DNA of 64,000 nt from assembly GCA_049472335.1 (NCBI GenBank), contig JBLIRO010000003.1, positions 1 through 64,000 of the forward strand, read 5' to 3'. The stretch is from a bacterium. Lineage in GTDB: Bacteria; SZUA-182; DTGQ01; JAFGSM01. A model generated the notes under the pieces. It did not search any database, had not been told where the DNA came from, and saw only the letters and a list, made by a program, of their open reading frames with translations. Shown here in pieces: positions 51,306 to 61,363 of this stretch. Within the stretch, counting starts at the first letter, position 1, and each line of letters begins with the position of its first letter. The translations under genes were made by a program, and so were the position numbers.

Positions 51306-52019
51306 ATGCCACAATTACCCAGTAGGCTTGAAAAGGCCGAACTTAGAGAGATCAGATGGGACAATCGCCAGCAGGCAATTGAAATAAACAGGGATAAGGC
51401 TGTTAAAGTGCAGTTCAATCCTGAAACCCTGAAGGTGAATTTCAGCAATCAAAAAGCCGGTGGTGACCAGAGAGGCGGCTCTGCCTCACAATTTGTTGGG
51501 GCGGGCACTACGAAACTTTCGCTTGAGCTCTGGTTCGATGTTACAGTCCCTCTTTCTGACGGCAGTATGCAGGAGGAAGGAGATGTGCGCCGCATCACTC
51601 AAAAGGTAAATTATTTCATCACACCCAAAAAGGTGCAGGGGGAAACAGATAAATGGCTTCCTCCGGGGGTACGTTTTGTCTGGGGAACATTTCTATTTGA
51701 CGGAACCATAGACTCTATGGATGAAAGCCTGGAATTCTTTTCCGATGAAGGGAAGCCTTTGCGCGCAAAGGTTTCTCTCAGCCTCTCAAGGCAGGAAATC
51801 CAGTTTCAATTTAATAATCAACAGTCCCCTGGAAGAGGCGGAACCGGATCACCTGGTTTGCAGCCTCAAAAACAGGCCCGGCAAGGCGACTCGGTACAAA
51901 AGATGGCTGCCCGTGAAGGCAAGGCAAAGGAGTGGAAACCTATAGCTTCGGATAATAACATCGAAAATCCTCGCAGAGTGAAACCGGGGACTATGATAAA
52001 AATTATGCCAAGGGTTTAG
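51306..52019 (+). CDS. CIS tube-initiator protein (Afp7/Pvc7-like) with degenerate LysM
   Basis: VQFNPETL, LELWFD, PPGVRFVWG, FSDEGKPLRAKV, GDSVQ...WKPIASDNNIENPR. Confidence 0.85.
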   Translation: MPQLPSRLEKAELREIRWDNRQQAIEINRDKAVKVQFNPETLKVNFSNQKAGGDQRGGSASQFVGAGTTKLSLELWFDVTVPLSDGSMQEEGDVRRITQKVNYFITPKKVQGETDKWLPPGVRFVWGTFLFDGTIDSMDESLEFFSDEGKPLRAKVSLSLSRQEIQFQFNNQQSPGRGGTGSPGLQPQKQARQGDSVQKMAAREGKAKEWKPIASDNNIENPRRVKPGTMIKIMPRV

Positions 52020-52047
52020 ATTATTACAATAATAAGGAGTGAAAAAA

Positions 52048-52218
52048 ATGGGTGTTATCATCAATGATTTTGAAATTACTGTAGAACAGCCGCAGGAGAA
52101 TGCTGTTACCGGACCTCAACCAAATGAGCCTTCACCGTCTCCACAGCTTAAGCCACAGGATATCATCGATATTATTCGCTTCCGGTATGAACGTATGGAA
52201 AGAATCAAGGCATATTGA
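52048..52218 (+). CDS. Small 56-aa eCIS-associated protein (not in the ORF track)
   Basis: AAGGAG RBS; MGVIINDFEITVEQPQENAVTGPQPNEPSPSPQLKPQDIIDIIRFRYERMERIKAY*; fills the intergenic gap. Confidence 0.75.
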   Translation: MGVIINDFEITVEQPQENAVTGPQPNEPSPSPQLKPQDIIDIIRFRYERMERIKAY

Positions 52219-52227
52219 GGTGTACTG

Positions 52228-53304
52228 ATGGGAGATCTTGGCACTACATCTATCTTTTATTCTGCCAAACCCACTGTGAGCATAGAAAATCAGGTTGATC
52301 CCAATCTCACGGATGGACTTTTGAACCTTTTGGTTGAGGAAACTACTGCAGGTCTGTTTCGTTGTGAGGCAACCTTCGGCAATTGGGGCAGTGTCAATTC
52401 CGGGACAGGTTATGTCTATTTTGACCGCCGGATATTGGATTTTGGAAAGATCCTTACAATTGATTCCGGGGAGGAGGAGACACAGGCACAGATCTTTAAA
52501 GGCTATATTACAGGAATAGAAGCACAATATCCGAAAACACGTCCGCCAGAGATTGTAATCCTTGCCGAAGACCGGTTCCAGGATTTGAGGATGACCCGAA
52601 GGAGCCGATCCTTCGAAGATATCAACGACCGTGATGTCATCCAGCAGATTGCTTCAGAGCACGGTCTTAGAACAGAAATAGATGTTGATGGTCCTAATTA
52701 TGATTTACTTGTTCAGGTCAATCAAAGCGATCTTGCATTTTTACGTGAAAGGGCCGTTTCAATTGATGCAGAGATATGGATTGAAGAAGACACAATACAT
52801 GCACAGGCACGCAGCCGTCGTAACACCGGCAGAATAACCCTTACCTATGGCCAGGGGCTCATAGAATTTTCAGTTTTGGCTGACTTGGCGAAACAGCGAA
52901 CCAGTCTTATTGTCAGTGGTTGGGATGTGGAGTCTAAAGAGGGCATTGAACATGAAGCATCGGAATCTGCTATCAGTGGAGAGCTTAACAATCATCAAAG
53001 TGGCGGTGTCTTGTTACAAAATGCCTTCGGACAAAGGAAAGAACGTTTAGTACACCTTGTTCCCCATACACTTCAGGAGGCCCATTTTTTATCCGAGTCC
53101 CATTACCGTATGATGGCACGACGGTTTTTAACAGGATACGGTATTGCTGAAGGAGACGGAAACATCAAGGTGGGAGCATCCATTGAGCTAAATGGTCTTG
53201 GTGAGCTTTTTGACGGAGAGTACTATATCTGCGAGGCAAGACATACCTTTGACCAGCAAAATGGATATCGTACTTATTTTGGAGTTGAGAGACCCGGATT
53301 ATAA
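52228..53304 (+). CDS. Phage late control D / gp27-like baseplate hub
   Basis: IFKGYITGIE, QVNQSDLAFLRERA, FDGEYYI...HTFD...GYRT. Confidence 0.88.
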   Translation: MGDLGTTSIFYSAKPTVSIENQVDPNLTDGLLNLLVEETTAGLFRCEATFGNWGSVNSGTGYVYFDRRILDFGKILTIDSGEEETQAQIFKGYITGIEAQYPKTRPPEIVILAEDRFQDLRMTRRSRSFEDINDRDVIQQIASEHGLRTEIDVDGPNYDLLVQVNQSDLAFLRERAVSIDAEIWIEEDTIHAQARSRRNTGRITLTYGQGLIEFSVLADLAKQRTSLIVSGWDVESKEGIEHEASESAISGELNNHQSGGVLLQNAFGQRKERLVHLVPHTLQEAHFLSESHYRMMARRFLTGYGIAEGDGNIKVGASIELNGLGELFDGEYYICEARHTFDQQNGYRTYFGVERPGL

Positions 53305-53342
53305 TGAGGCCGGGTTTATAACAATAATTTTTTAGGTCCGAA

Positions 53343-54062
53343 ATGATTGATTTAGAAAACAGATTAGATAAATTGCTTTACAGCCGCACACCCAGTGGCC
53401 TTGGAGGGCATTTCTTCGGTGTCTATCCTGCACTTGTGCTTGACATAGTTGATCCTAACGGCCAGGGACGTATCAAGGTGAAACTGCCCTGGTCACCGGA
53501 TACTCAGGGAAGCAGCTATGAAGTATGGGCGAGGCTGGCCACCATGATGGCAGGGAATAACCGTGGAACATGGTTTATTCCTGATGTTGATGATGAGGTT
53601 CTGGTGATCTTTGAGGCTGGGGATCCGCGAAGGCCATATGTGATAGGTTCCCTTTGGAATGGCAAGGACACCCCGCCGGAGGAAATGGACAATGCCGGCA
53701 ATAATTATCCAAAAACAATTCGTTCTCGTAATGGTATTCGCATCACAATGGACGATACTGACGGCCGGGAATCATTAACACTTGAAACACCGGGAGGGCA
53801 GACCATTATTCTCAAGGATGGGCCTGGGTCCGTGGAGCTAAAAGATAGTAACGGCAATACAATAAAAATGGAACCCAGCGGGATTAATGTGAATGCCGCC
53901 TCAAAGGTAACAATCAATGCAAGCACAATCGAGATTACCGCAGGGATGGTTACTGTAAATGCCGGAATGTCAAAATTTAGCGGCGTTGTCCAGGCCTCTG
54001 TGTTTATTGGCAATTCCGTAATAAGCAGCACCTATACACCGGGTGCGGGAAATATCTGGTAG
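53343..54062 (+). CDS. Baseplate assembly protein V / gp5-like spike
   Basis: GVYPALV...DPNGQGRIKVKLPW, WARLA, PDVDDEVLVIFEAGDPRRPYVIGSLWN. Confidence 0.92.
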   Translation: MIDLENRLDKLLYSRTPSGLGGHFFGVYPALVLDIVDPNGQGRIKVKLPWSPDTQGSSYEVWARLATMMAGNNRGTWFIPDVDDEVLVIFEAGDPRRPYVIGSLWNGKDTPPEEMDNAGNNYPKTIRSRNGIRITMDDTDGRESLTLETPGGQTIILKDGPGSVELKDSNGNTIKMEPSGINVNAASKVTINASTIEITAGMVTVNAGMSKFSGVVQASVFIGNSVISSTYTPGAGNIW

Positions 54063-54073
54063 GGAAAAAAACA

Positions 54074-55744
54074 ATGAATCATGTCATACAATGGCAAACT
54101 GCCTCCCCCTTATGGGAAGAGGCCCTAGAAGACAGGATTAATAATAAGAGGTTTAAACAGCCCGCGCTATTGCGATTTGCAGGCGATAATTTTATGGAGA
54201 ATCTGGAAAAAACACTTTCAACTGATCCATCGCCCATAAAGGATTTTGTAGCACATTATGAAACCCGGAAAAACGAGGGATCCGGCTGGCTTTCAGAAGA
54301 TATGTTAAGCGGACACAAATCACTCAAGCTTTATCAGCCGGTCCATGGCCGATTTTATCTGGTTGCAGCAAGTCTGGTCTGCCGTTTACCGGGGCTGCCT
54401 GATAAAACTCTGGATATTGCCAATGAAGAGAAGGTATCTTTTCTGATGCGGCGCCTGGTCCCCAGAAGTAATAAAGTGACCCTGGTGCCGGAAGATCCGG
54501 ATACGTATTTTGAGTATGGATGGTTTGTCAACCAGAACTGCAGCGGATGGTGTAAGATTGATAATCCCTTAAAAGTGGCGCCCGATGAAGAGCGCCTGCC
54601 TATGTTTTCAATGAATTTCAAAATGAACAGTCAGAATCGCCATCTCTTAGCCGGATTTGTCCCTGTTGGGAATAGTGAAACCTATCAGGCTGCACCAGGG
54701 CTCAGTCCCATCAAGCCGTCCGAGGGAGAGCAATGGGACGATACCCTTGCAGATCCCAGATCAGCAAGGTTCGAGGCCACCATTATCGAGCCTGTAAATC
54801 AACTTCTTGAGACACTTCAAAACGTCCTGCCCAATGCAATAAGCCAGGAAAAGGCACAAGAGGTTTTGCTTTTCATTCTGCTCGACTTAGCTGAATTTCT
54901 GAAAGAACATCTCAGAGATGTATGGGAGGCGATAAAAGACGGCCATTGGACAGAGCTAACGGACAGCAGAAAAAAATTATACAACAAATTGTATACGACT
55001 ATCCTTTATCCCGGAAAGAGATTGGATGAAGCACTGCAGAACGTCCTTGAAATTAATATGGCAGATAAGATCATCTCAGGTGACATAAAGGATCCTGATT
55101 CCGGAAAAATACTTATAACCGGTAATTTAACAAAAAATGCCATAGAGAATCTAATTACAAACCTCATTACACATGATACAGAATGTATTAATACAGACAG
55201 CTTTAATTATATTGTCAAGGATGCGCTCGGGATTTATTCCCAAGCAGACAAGGCTGAAGAAGCAGTAAAAACGCCCAAAATTCTTCCCGGCTCGGGAATT
55301 TTTTATATAATCCGGTGTCTATATGAGAGGCCCCGCTGTAAAGGACTTTATACTCCTGTGTTAAGCGAAGAACCTACCCAGCCCTTCCAGATTGCCTCAT
55401 TTTTCGATCCAGATGCCCCCGGGCGCCCGATTCATATCACCATGCCTATTGATACGAGTATTGCCGGACTAAGGAAGTTTCCCAAGAATGTTTCTTTTTT
55501 GTTATCAAATAAATTAAGGCAGCAGATGGAACAGATAAAGGGTATAAAGCTGGAGGATCTGGATCAGGGCAATATAGGTGAGGAGAAAGGCTTTGATCTG
55601 GGCAGGATTTGCTCCTTCTCTATACCCATAATATCCCTATGCGCCATGATACTTCTTATGATTATAGTTCAATTGCTGAATATAGTCTTTTGGTGGCTGC
55701 CCTTTTTTAAGATATGTTTTCCACTTAACCTTAAAAGCGAGTAG
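54074..55744 (+). CDS. Hypothetical eCIS protein with hydrophobic C-terminus
   Basis: 556-aa ORF ending ICSFSIPIISLCAMILLMIIVQLLNIVFWWLPFFKICFPL. Confidence 0.8.
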   Translation: MNHVIQWQTASPLWEEALEDRINNKRFKQPALLRFAGDNFMENLEKTLSTDPSPIKDFVAHYETRKNEGSGWLSEDMLSGHKSLKLYQPVHGRFYLVAASLVCRLPGLPDKTLDIANEEKVSFLMRRLVPRSNKVTLVPEDPDTYFEYGWFVNQNCSGWCKIDNPLKVAPDEERLPMFSMNFKMNSQNRHLLAGFVPVGNSETYQAAPGLSPIKPSEGEQWDDTLADPRSARFEATIIEPVNQLLETLQNVLPNAISQEKAQEVLLFILLDLAEFLKEHLRDVWEAIKDGHWTELTDSRKKLYNKLYTTILYPGKRLDEALQNVLEINMADKIISGDIKDPDSGKILITGNLTKNAIENLITNLITHDTECINTDSFNYIVKDALGIYSQADKAEEAVKTPKILPGSGIFYIIRCLYERPRCKGLYTPVLSEEPTQPFQIASFFDPDAPGRPIHITMPIDTSIAGLRKFPKNVSFLLSNKLRQQMEQIKGIKLEDLDQGNIGEEKGFDLGRICSFSIPIISLCAMILLMIIVQLLNIVFWWLPFFKICFPLNLKSE

Positions 55745-55750
55745 AAAGAA

Positions 55751-56143
55751 ATGGATGAAGGAAAGATCTTTGGGAAGGGGATCTGTTTTCCTCCCCATAT
55801 AGGACCTGAAGGCCGGATTGCATGGTCCATGGGAGCACAGAACATCAGGGAGTCAATACGCATCATCCTGCTCACTGAATTTGAGGAACGTCTGATGTTG
55901 CCGGAATTCGGAGGCGGATTGCTTTCTTTTCTATTCGAACCTAACACCGCTTCAACCCTTCGACTGATCCAGGAACGTATTACACAGGCACTGGGTCGCT
56001 GGGAACCAAGGATAAAAATAGAGTCAGTGATAGTGAAAAAAGATCCCAATGATGAGCAATCGGCCCTGGTAACCATAGAATACAAACTCATAGCTACTGA
56101 GGCCGGTGACCAGGCAAACCTGACAATAAAATTGAAGGGATAG
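55751..56143 (+). CDS. GPW/gp25-family baseplate wedge protein
   Basis: IRESIRIILLT...ERLMLPEFGGGL...LFEPN, ALGRWEPRI. Confidence 0.93.
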   Translation: MDEGKIFGKGICFPPHIGPEGRIAWSMGAQNIRESIRIILLTEFEERLMLPEFGGGLLSFLFEPNTASTLRLIQERITQALGRWEPRIKIESVIVKKDPNDEQSALVTIEYKLIATEAGDQANLTIKLKG

Positions 56144-56168
56144 GTACAGGAGGTATAGGAGGTAAAAA

Positions 56169-58430
56169 ATGCCTATAGTTGTTCCCAAAATTGATGATCT
56201 GAATTATGATGAGATTTTTGCTGAGACTTTAGCGCGTATTCCTGTCCATAATCCTGAATGGACAAATTTTAATGATAGTGATCCGGGTATTACTATACTG
56301 CAGCTTTTTGCCTTCATGACGGAAAACCTCCTCTACCGCTGCAACCTGATTCCCGAAAGAAACAGGAAAAAGTTTCTCAAGCTCCTGGGTATTCCCATGC
56401 AAGCTCCTTCCCCTGCTCAGGGTATTGTTACATTCAGCAATCCCCGGGGGCCTCTTAAAACCATGACCATCTCCAGTGGGTTGGAGGTTCTGGCAGGACA
56501 ACTGCCTTTTCAAACCCTGAACGGATTGGATGTAATGCCTATAGAGGCATACGTTTACTATAAAAAGCCTGTTCCGGAAGACCGGAAGGAGGAGATCAAA
56601 AAGGTTTATGAAATGCTCTATGAAAGCTTTAAGGATAGTGAAAATGAGCTTAATTACTATGAAACCAAATCCCTTGATCCACCTTTAAGCGGTTCGGCCT
56701 TCCCTGTTCTGGAGCTTTCATCCGAAAAAGACACAATCGATAAATCCCTCTGGATTGCTTTGCTGGCCCGCTCCAAAGATCTTTTAGACATCACCCGGGA
56801 AGAGATATCCAATAAGGTTCTGACATTGGGAATACTACCCGGCCTAATGGACGTGAACAGGGTGCTTTCTTATTTCGGCATGTCCTCATCAGAAACACAA
56901 GGGAATCTTCTTTACCAGATCCCTGTAGGAGATATATTTTCTACTGAGACCGAGACCCGTGTACCCAGGTACAAGACACTGGATGCAAGCCCCTACGGTG
57001 ACCCGCTCTCAGAACCGAGCACTGTCCAACTACAACTACCGGATAGCAATGAATTAAAGCTCTGGAAAAATCTTGAACCGCTGGAAATGGGCACAGGAGA
57101 CTTTCCTCCGTCCCTGGAAGATGCCAATATCGAAGATCGTATAATCACCTGGATACGTATCAGCCTTCAGAAAAGCCAGGCACAAACAAACACCATTAGT
57201 CAGTTGAGTGCAAAAATAAGCTGGGTTGGCATTAATGCGGCACGAATAACCCAATGTGCTCATGTTTTATCCGAGAATTTGGGCAGGGGCACAGGTGAGC
57301 CGGATCAAAAACTGACGCTTGCAAATACCCCTGTTGTTGTGGAAAGTGTTAAACTCACGGTGAATGGAGAGCAATGGAACAGAACGGATGATTTGATGTC
57401 TGCCGATTCAGAAGTCCCCGTCAGAACCCCCAGACTGGTCCCAACAGCTTCTTTGCCTCCATCAGATAAGGAAAAGGCAAAGGTTTTTACCGTGGACAGG
57501 GAATCCGGGGAGATTTGCTTCGGCAACGGTATCCATGGCACACGGCCTCCAAGCGGATCGGTTATTCATGCCAGTTATGATTATGGCGGCGGGATTTCCG
57601 GAAATGTAGGAATCGGGGCGATCAATAAGGGTCCTGGACTGCCGGCTGGTCTGAAGGTCACAAATCCTCTGCCTGCCTGGGGCGGTGACCAGGGTGAGTC
57701 CATTGAGGAGGCAGAACGTAATATCCCTCTGTATATTCGTCATCGTGACCGGCTGGTTTCAACCAAAGATTTTGAAGATATTACATGGCGCACCCCGGGA
57801 ATAGACCTTGGGCGTGTGGAAGTCTTGCCCTCATTACACCCGGACCTTTACGATATCCCCTCTGAAGGTGTTGTGACCGTAATGGTTATTCCACGATACG
57901 ATCCTTTGCAGCCGGAAGCGCCCGTTCCGGACCGGCTTTTTTTGGAGATGGTATGCAGGCATCTTAATCCTCGCCGGATAATCACTACCGAATTGCATGT
58001 AAGAGGGCCCAAATATATAGATATCTGGGTCTCAATAGGGATTGAGGTCATTCCTGGCAGGGATATAGCCCCTGTACGTGAAGAGGTTAAAAAAACGGTC
58101 AGGAAATTTCTATCTTCCTTGACCGGGGGTTTTGAAGGTAAGGGCTGGCCACTTGAGAAGGTGATCGAAAATTTAGAAATATGGGCAGTAGCAACACGTG
58201 TAGAAGGTGTTTCAAAGATAAACAGTGTAATTTTAACAGACAGCACAGGGGTAAATAAGGACAGAATACCTATAAGAGGGCTTGAGCTGCCAAGACTTAT
58301 GGGATTGGCAGTACAGTATGGCGAGCCACAGGACATTGCAGACCTTATTGCTGTTCCTCCGGAGCAAGTTTCTACAGTTGTTTCTAAGAAGATTCTTCCG
58401 GTTCCGGTGATTTTACCTGAATGCAAATAA
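56169..58430 (+). CDS. Baseplate J-like protein
   Basis: PEWTNFNDSDPGITIL, FGNGIHGTRP, GNVG, RDRLVSTKDFE, GVVTVMVIP, RRIITTELHVRGP. Confidence 0.9.
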   Translation: MPIVVPKIDDLNYDEIFAETLARIPVHNPEWTNFNDSDPGITILQLFAFMTENLLYRCNLIPERNRKKFLKLLGIPMQAPSPAQGIVTFSNPRGPLKTMTISSGLEVLAGQLPFQTLNGLDVMPIEAYVYYKKPVPEDRKEEIKKVYEMLYESFKDSENELNYYETKSLDPPLSGSAFPVLELSSEKDTIDKSLWIALLARSKDLLDITREEISNKVLTLGILPGLMDVNRVLSYFGMSSSETQGNLLYQIPVGDIFSTETETRVPRYKTLDASPYGDPLSEPSTVQLQLPDSNELKLWKNLEPLEMGTGDFPPSLEDANIEDRIITWIRISLQKSQAQTNTISQLSAKISWVGINAARITQCAHVLSENLGRGTGEPDQKLTLANTPVVVESVKLTVNGEQWNRTDDLMSADSEVPVRTPRLVPTASLPPSDKEKAKVFTVDRESGEICFGNGIHGTRPPSGSVIHASYDYGGGISGNVGIGAINKGPGLPAGLKVTNPLPAWGGDQGESIEEAERNIPLYIRHRDRLVSTKDFEDITWRTPGIDLGRVEVLPSLHPDLYDIPSEGVVTVMVIPRYDPLQPEAPVPDRLFLEMVCRHLNPRRIITTELHVRGPKYIDIWVSIGIEVIPGRDIAPVREEVKKTVRKFLSSLTGGFEGKGWPLEKVIENLEIWAVATRVEGVSKINSVILTDSTGVNKDRIPIRGLELPRLMGLAVQYGEPQDIADLIAVPPEQVSTVVSKKILPVPVILPECK

Positions 58431-58449
58431 ACTTTAGAGAAGGAATGTC

Positions 58450-61335
58450 ATGGATGTTAATGATTCAAAATTTCATCTCTTATTAAACCGGGATGACTGG
58501 TTAGGCAGGAATGATAATGCCTTTTCTGACACCAATACTGATCTTCCCCGCGGGGCGGATTTGTCGTGGGACGAAGAATGGAATGCCCTCAGCCTTCAAC
58601 CACTGCTCTTTATATTTCCGACACCTCCGGACGACAGGCTATATAATCCTGAGGACAGACGCGGTGCAGGCCGTGACAGGTATGGAACATGGTACTGGAT
58701 TGATGAAAATAGAACAGAGATACGATTTCTTACGGCCATGGATAAAAGCTCGAAACATTTTTGGTCGGCTGAGGATCAGACCATACCATTAAAAAAGGAA
58801 AAAGAGCCCGGCGATTTTCAACCTGTGCCACAAACACAATCCCCTGTTTCTTTAGAGTTCAGCGGTCTGGCATTAACTGAGGATCATTACCTTGTAGTGG
58901 GAGTTCAGGATCCGGGCGGGCTTCTTATCTTTGATCTGCATGCCGGAGGACCACCTGCATATATATTCTGGCCCTTAAAAATTCCATTTGCCCCTTACGA
59001 TATAGCACCGGCACCGGGAGGTGGCGTATGGGTCCTGGACAGAGAAGAGGCACGCTATTGGGCACTGGATCAGTATTTCAGACCAATTGATGCCAATCAT
59101 GGAAAGGAATCGCCTGGTCCCGGGGACTTCCGGTCCGCCACAAGTTCTATGCCGGATATGGAAGGCAGGTCTTTTTCTACAGGGATCTCCATTGATATGG
59201 CATTATTCATAAATGCATTTAATCCGAGGGCCATCGAGGCACTACCTGATGGTACTGTCTTGATTCTTGATATCGACCAGAATGGGCATTCAATTGTTTA
59301 TCGTTACCGCCTGGACCTCCAATTAGGGACCGGCGCTGATCTGGATGATATAACCAGAGACTTCTTTGAGGAAATCCCTGACTCCTTTAATCCTTATGCC
59401 ATAAAAGGTCATGATATGGCCTTTGTTCCTGCTTCGGACTTCAATACAAAGCATGTAGCAGGGACCTTATATATAGTTACGTCCGATGGAAATCAGGCCT
59501 TTGCCTTTGATCTTAAAGCAGATGACAAGAACCTTACCCTGAGCGTTTTGCCCGGATACTTTCCCATGAGACATTTTAGCGGAAAAGCCCTCATAACCTC
59601 TGACAACGATGTCTTTTATGATTTACAGAACCGCTGGATACCCCTTAAGGAAAAACCCAAACCTCGTTATAAATCCAACGGTTTTCTGGAAACCCGAATC
59701 TTCGATGGTAAAGAAACTGACTGTGTCTGGCACAGGATGTTTACAGATGGATTCATTCCTTCAGGCACAGGGATAAAGGTGGAAAGCAGGTCATCAAATG
59801 ATCCTGATATGTGTCTGCGGATGCCATGGCAGCCTGAGCCAAACCTCTATCGCAGGTGTAATGGCATAGAGCTGCCATATTCCCATACCTTCTCTGAGGA
59901 AGAAGTTAAGATGGACGGGGCAGGAACCTGGGAGTTGCTTTTACAGAATGTCCAGGGCAGATATATGCAGCTTCGGTTGACCCTGGAGGGAACAGGGAAA
60001 AGCACACCCAGGCTGCGTGCCCTGAGAGTATATTATCCAAGGTTTTCTTACCTAAAGGAATATCTTCCGGTTGTCTATCAGGAAGATAAAACCTCTGCTT
60101 CATTTTTAGAGCGTTTTCTTGCCAATACGGAAGGATTATATACAGTATTGGAGAGTAAAATTGAGCAGGCACAGACCCTTTTTGACATAAAAACCACTGC
60201 AGCAGAGTATTTGAACTGGCTGGCAGAATGGATCGGAGCGGTTTTAGACCCTGCCTGGGATGAGGAAAGACGAAGGTTTTTCCTTTCCCATGCAATGGAA
60301 CTTTTTAATCAGAGGGGCACACTGACTGGTTTAATCCGGGCTATTCGCCTGGCAACTGATCCTTGTCCAGACAATATGCTCTTTAGCGAAGATATTTTAG
60401 ATGGAATTTTCCGGGCCAAAGGCATCTGTAATTCTTTCCAATGCACCTTTCGCTATCCTGTTTACATTATAGAGGGATTTCTTACCCGCACTTCACAAGC
60501 CATGATATATAAAGATCCTGATCAGACAGAGACGCCCGGCATAACATCGGATCAGGAAGAATGGAACCCGGAAATGGGCGCCTCAACCCTGCACAATCGA
60601 TATCAGAAATATCTAAAGAAAAAATATACAGATATAAAAGATCTTAATAAAGCCTGGGAAAAAGAGACAGATTACAATCAGTTTGAGGAAATCCTGTTTT
60701 CTCCGGTCAAGCCCTCTAATGCCAATGAAGCAAAAGATTGGAAGGGTTTTTTTAAAACAGGCACGGTATTCAACTATACAGCCGTTAATCCTTCTTATTA
60801 TCCGGACCTGATTTCATACCGAGCCTTTCTTGAACGGCGATACAGACAAATAAACCAATTGAATAAGGTATATCAACTTACCGGGGAACATGCCCTGGCC
60901 TCCTTTGAGGAAATAGAATTCCCTGGCGAGGATGATATGCCTTCCGGAGGTTACAGGCTCTATGACTGGATACATTTCGTTTTGCTGGTGCTCCCGATCA
61001 AGCGCCGTGCCCACCGTTTTACAGTATTATTCCCAATTGATATCAAGAGCACCCCTGAAGAGAGAAAACAAGGATTGGATCTGATCCGTCATATTGTCGA
61101 GCTGGAAAAGCCTGCTCATGTCACTTTTGAAGTAAAGCCCTATTGGGCCCTTTTTAGGGTAGGATGGGCTCGATTGGGCCTTGACACCATTGTCGGCGAA
61201 GGCAGCCGTTTCGTAGCCTTGTGTTTGGGAAGAGACTATATGGGAGATGGTTATGTAACTTCATTTCATCCGTGGAATATTCCCAACAGAATTGTTGTAG
61301 ATCGGGATCATATTGATTCCGGAATGATTTTATAA
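58450..61335 (+). CDS. Phage tail protein I (gp7-like) baseplate protein with large N-terminal extension
   Basis: YLPVVYQED...FLERFL, YLNWLAEWIG, QRGTLTGL, AHRFTV, VELEKPAHV. Confidence 0.82.
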   Translation: MDVNDSKFHLLLNRDDWLGRNDNAFSDTNTDLPRGADLSWDEEWNALSLQPLLFIFPTPPDDRLYNPEDRRGAGRDRYGTWYWIDENRTEIRFLTAMDKSSKHFWSAEDQTIPLKKEKEPGDFQPVPQTQSPVSLEFSGLALTEDHYLVVGVQDPGGLLIFDLHAGGPPAYIFWPLKIPFAPYDIAPAPGGGVWVLDREEARYWALDQYFRPIDANHGKESPGPGDFRSATSSMPDMEGRSFSTGISIDMALFINAFNPRAIEALPDGTVLILDIDQNGHSIVYRYRLDLQLGTGADLDDITRDFFEEIPDSFNPYAIKGHDMAFVPASDFNTKHVAGTLYIVTSDGNQAFAFDLKADDKNLTLSVLPGYFPMRHFSGKALITSDNDVFYDLQNRWIPLKEKPKPRYKSNGFLETRIFDGKETDCVWHRMFTDGFIPSGTGIKVESRSSNDPDMCLRMPWQPEPNLYRRCNGIELPYSHTFSEEEVKMDGAGTWELLLQNVQGRYMQLRLTLEGTGKSTPRLRALRVYYPRFSYLKEYLPVVYQEDKTSASFLERFLANTEGLYTVLESKIEQAQTLFDIKTTAAEYLNWLAEWIGAVLDPAWDEERRRFFLSHAMELFNQRGTLTGLIRAIRLATDPCPDNMLFSEDILDGIFRAKGICNSFQCTFRYPVYIIEGFLTRTSQAMIYKDPDQTETPGITSDQEEWNPEMGASTLHNRYQKYLKKKYTDIKDLNKAWEKETDYNQFEEILFSPVKPSNANEAKDWKGFFKTGTVFNYTAVNPSYYPDLISYRAFLERRYRQINQLNKVYQLTGEHALASFEEIEFPGEDDMPSGGYRLYDWIHFVLLVLPIKRRAHRFTVLFPIDIKSTPEERKQGLDLIRHIVELEKPAHVTFEVKPYWALFRVGWARLGLDTIVGEGSRFVALCLGRDYMGDGYVTSFHPWNIPNRIVVDRDHIDSGMIL

Positions 61336-61363
61336 AGGATTCTAACTCCAAGGAGAATTGAAT

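Noticed and set aside
53291..53316. Hairpin ACCCGG...CCGGGT after the hub gene as a terminator
   Set aside because: Short stem, large loop and weak U-tract in the middle of a structural operon
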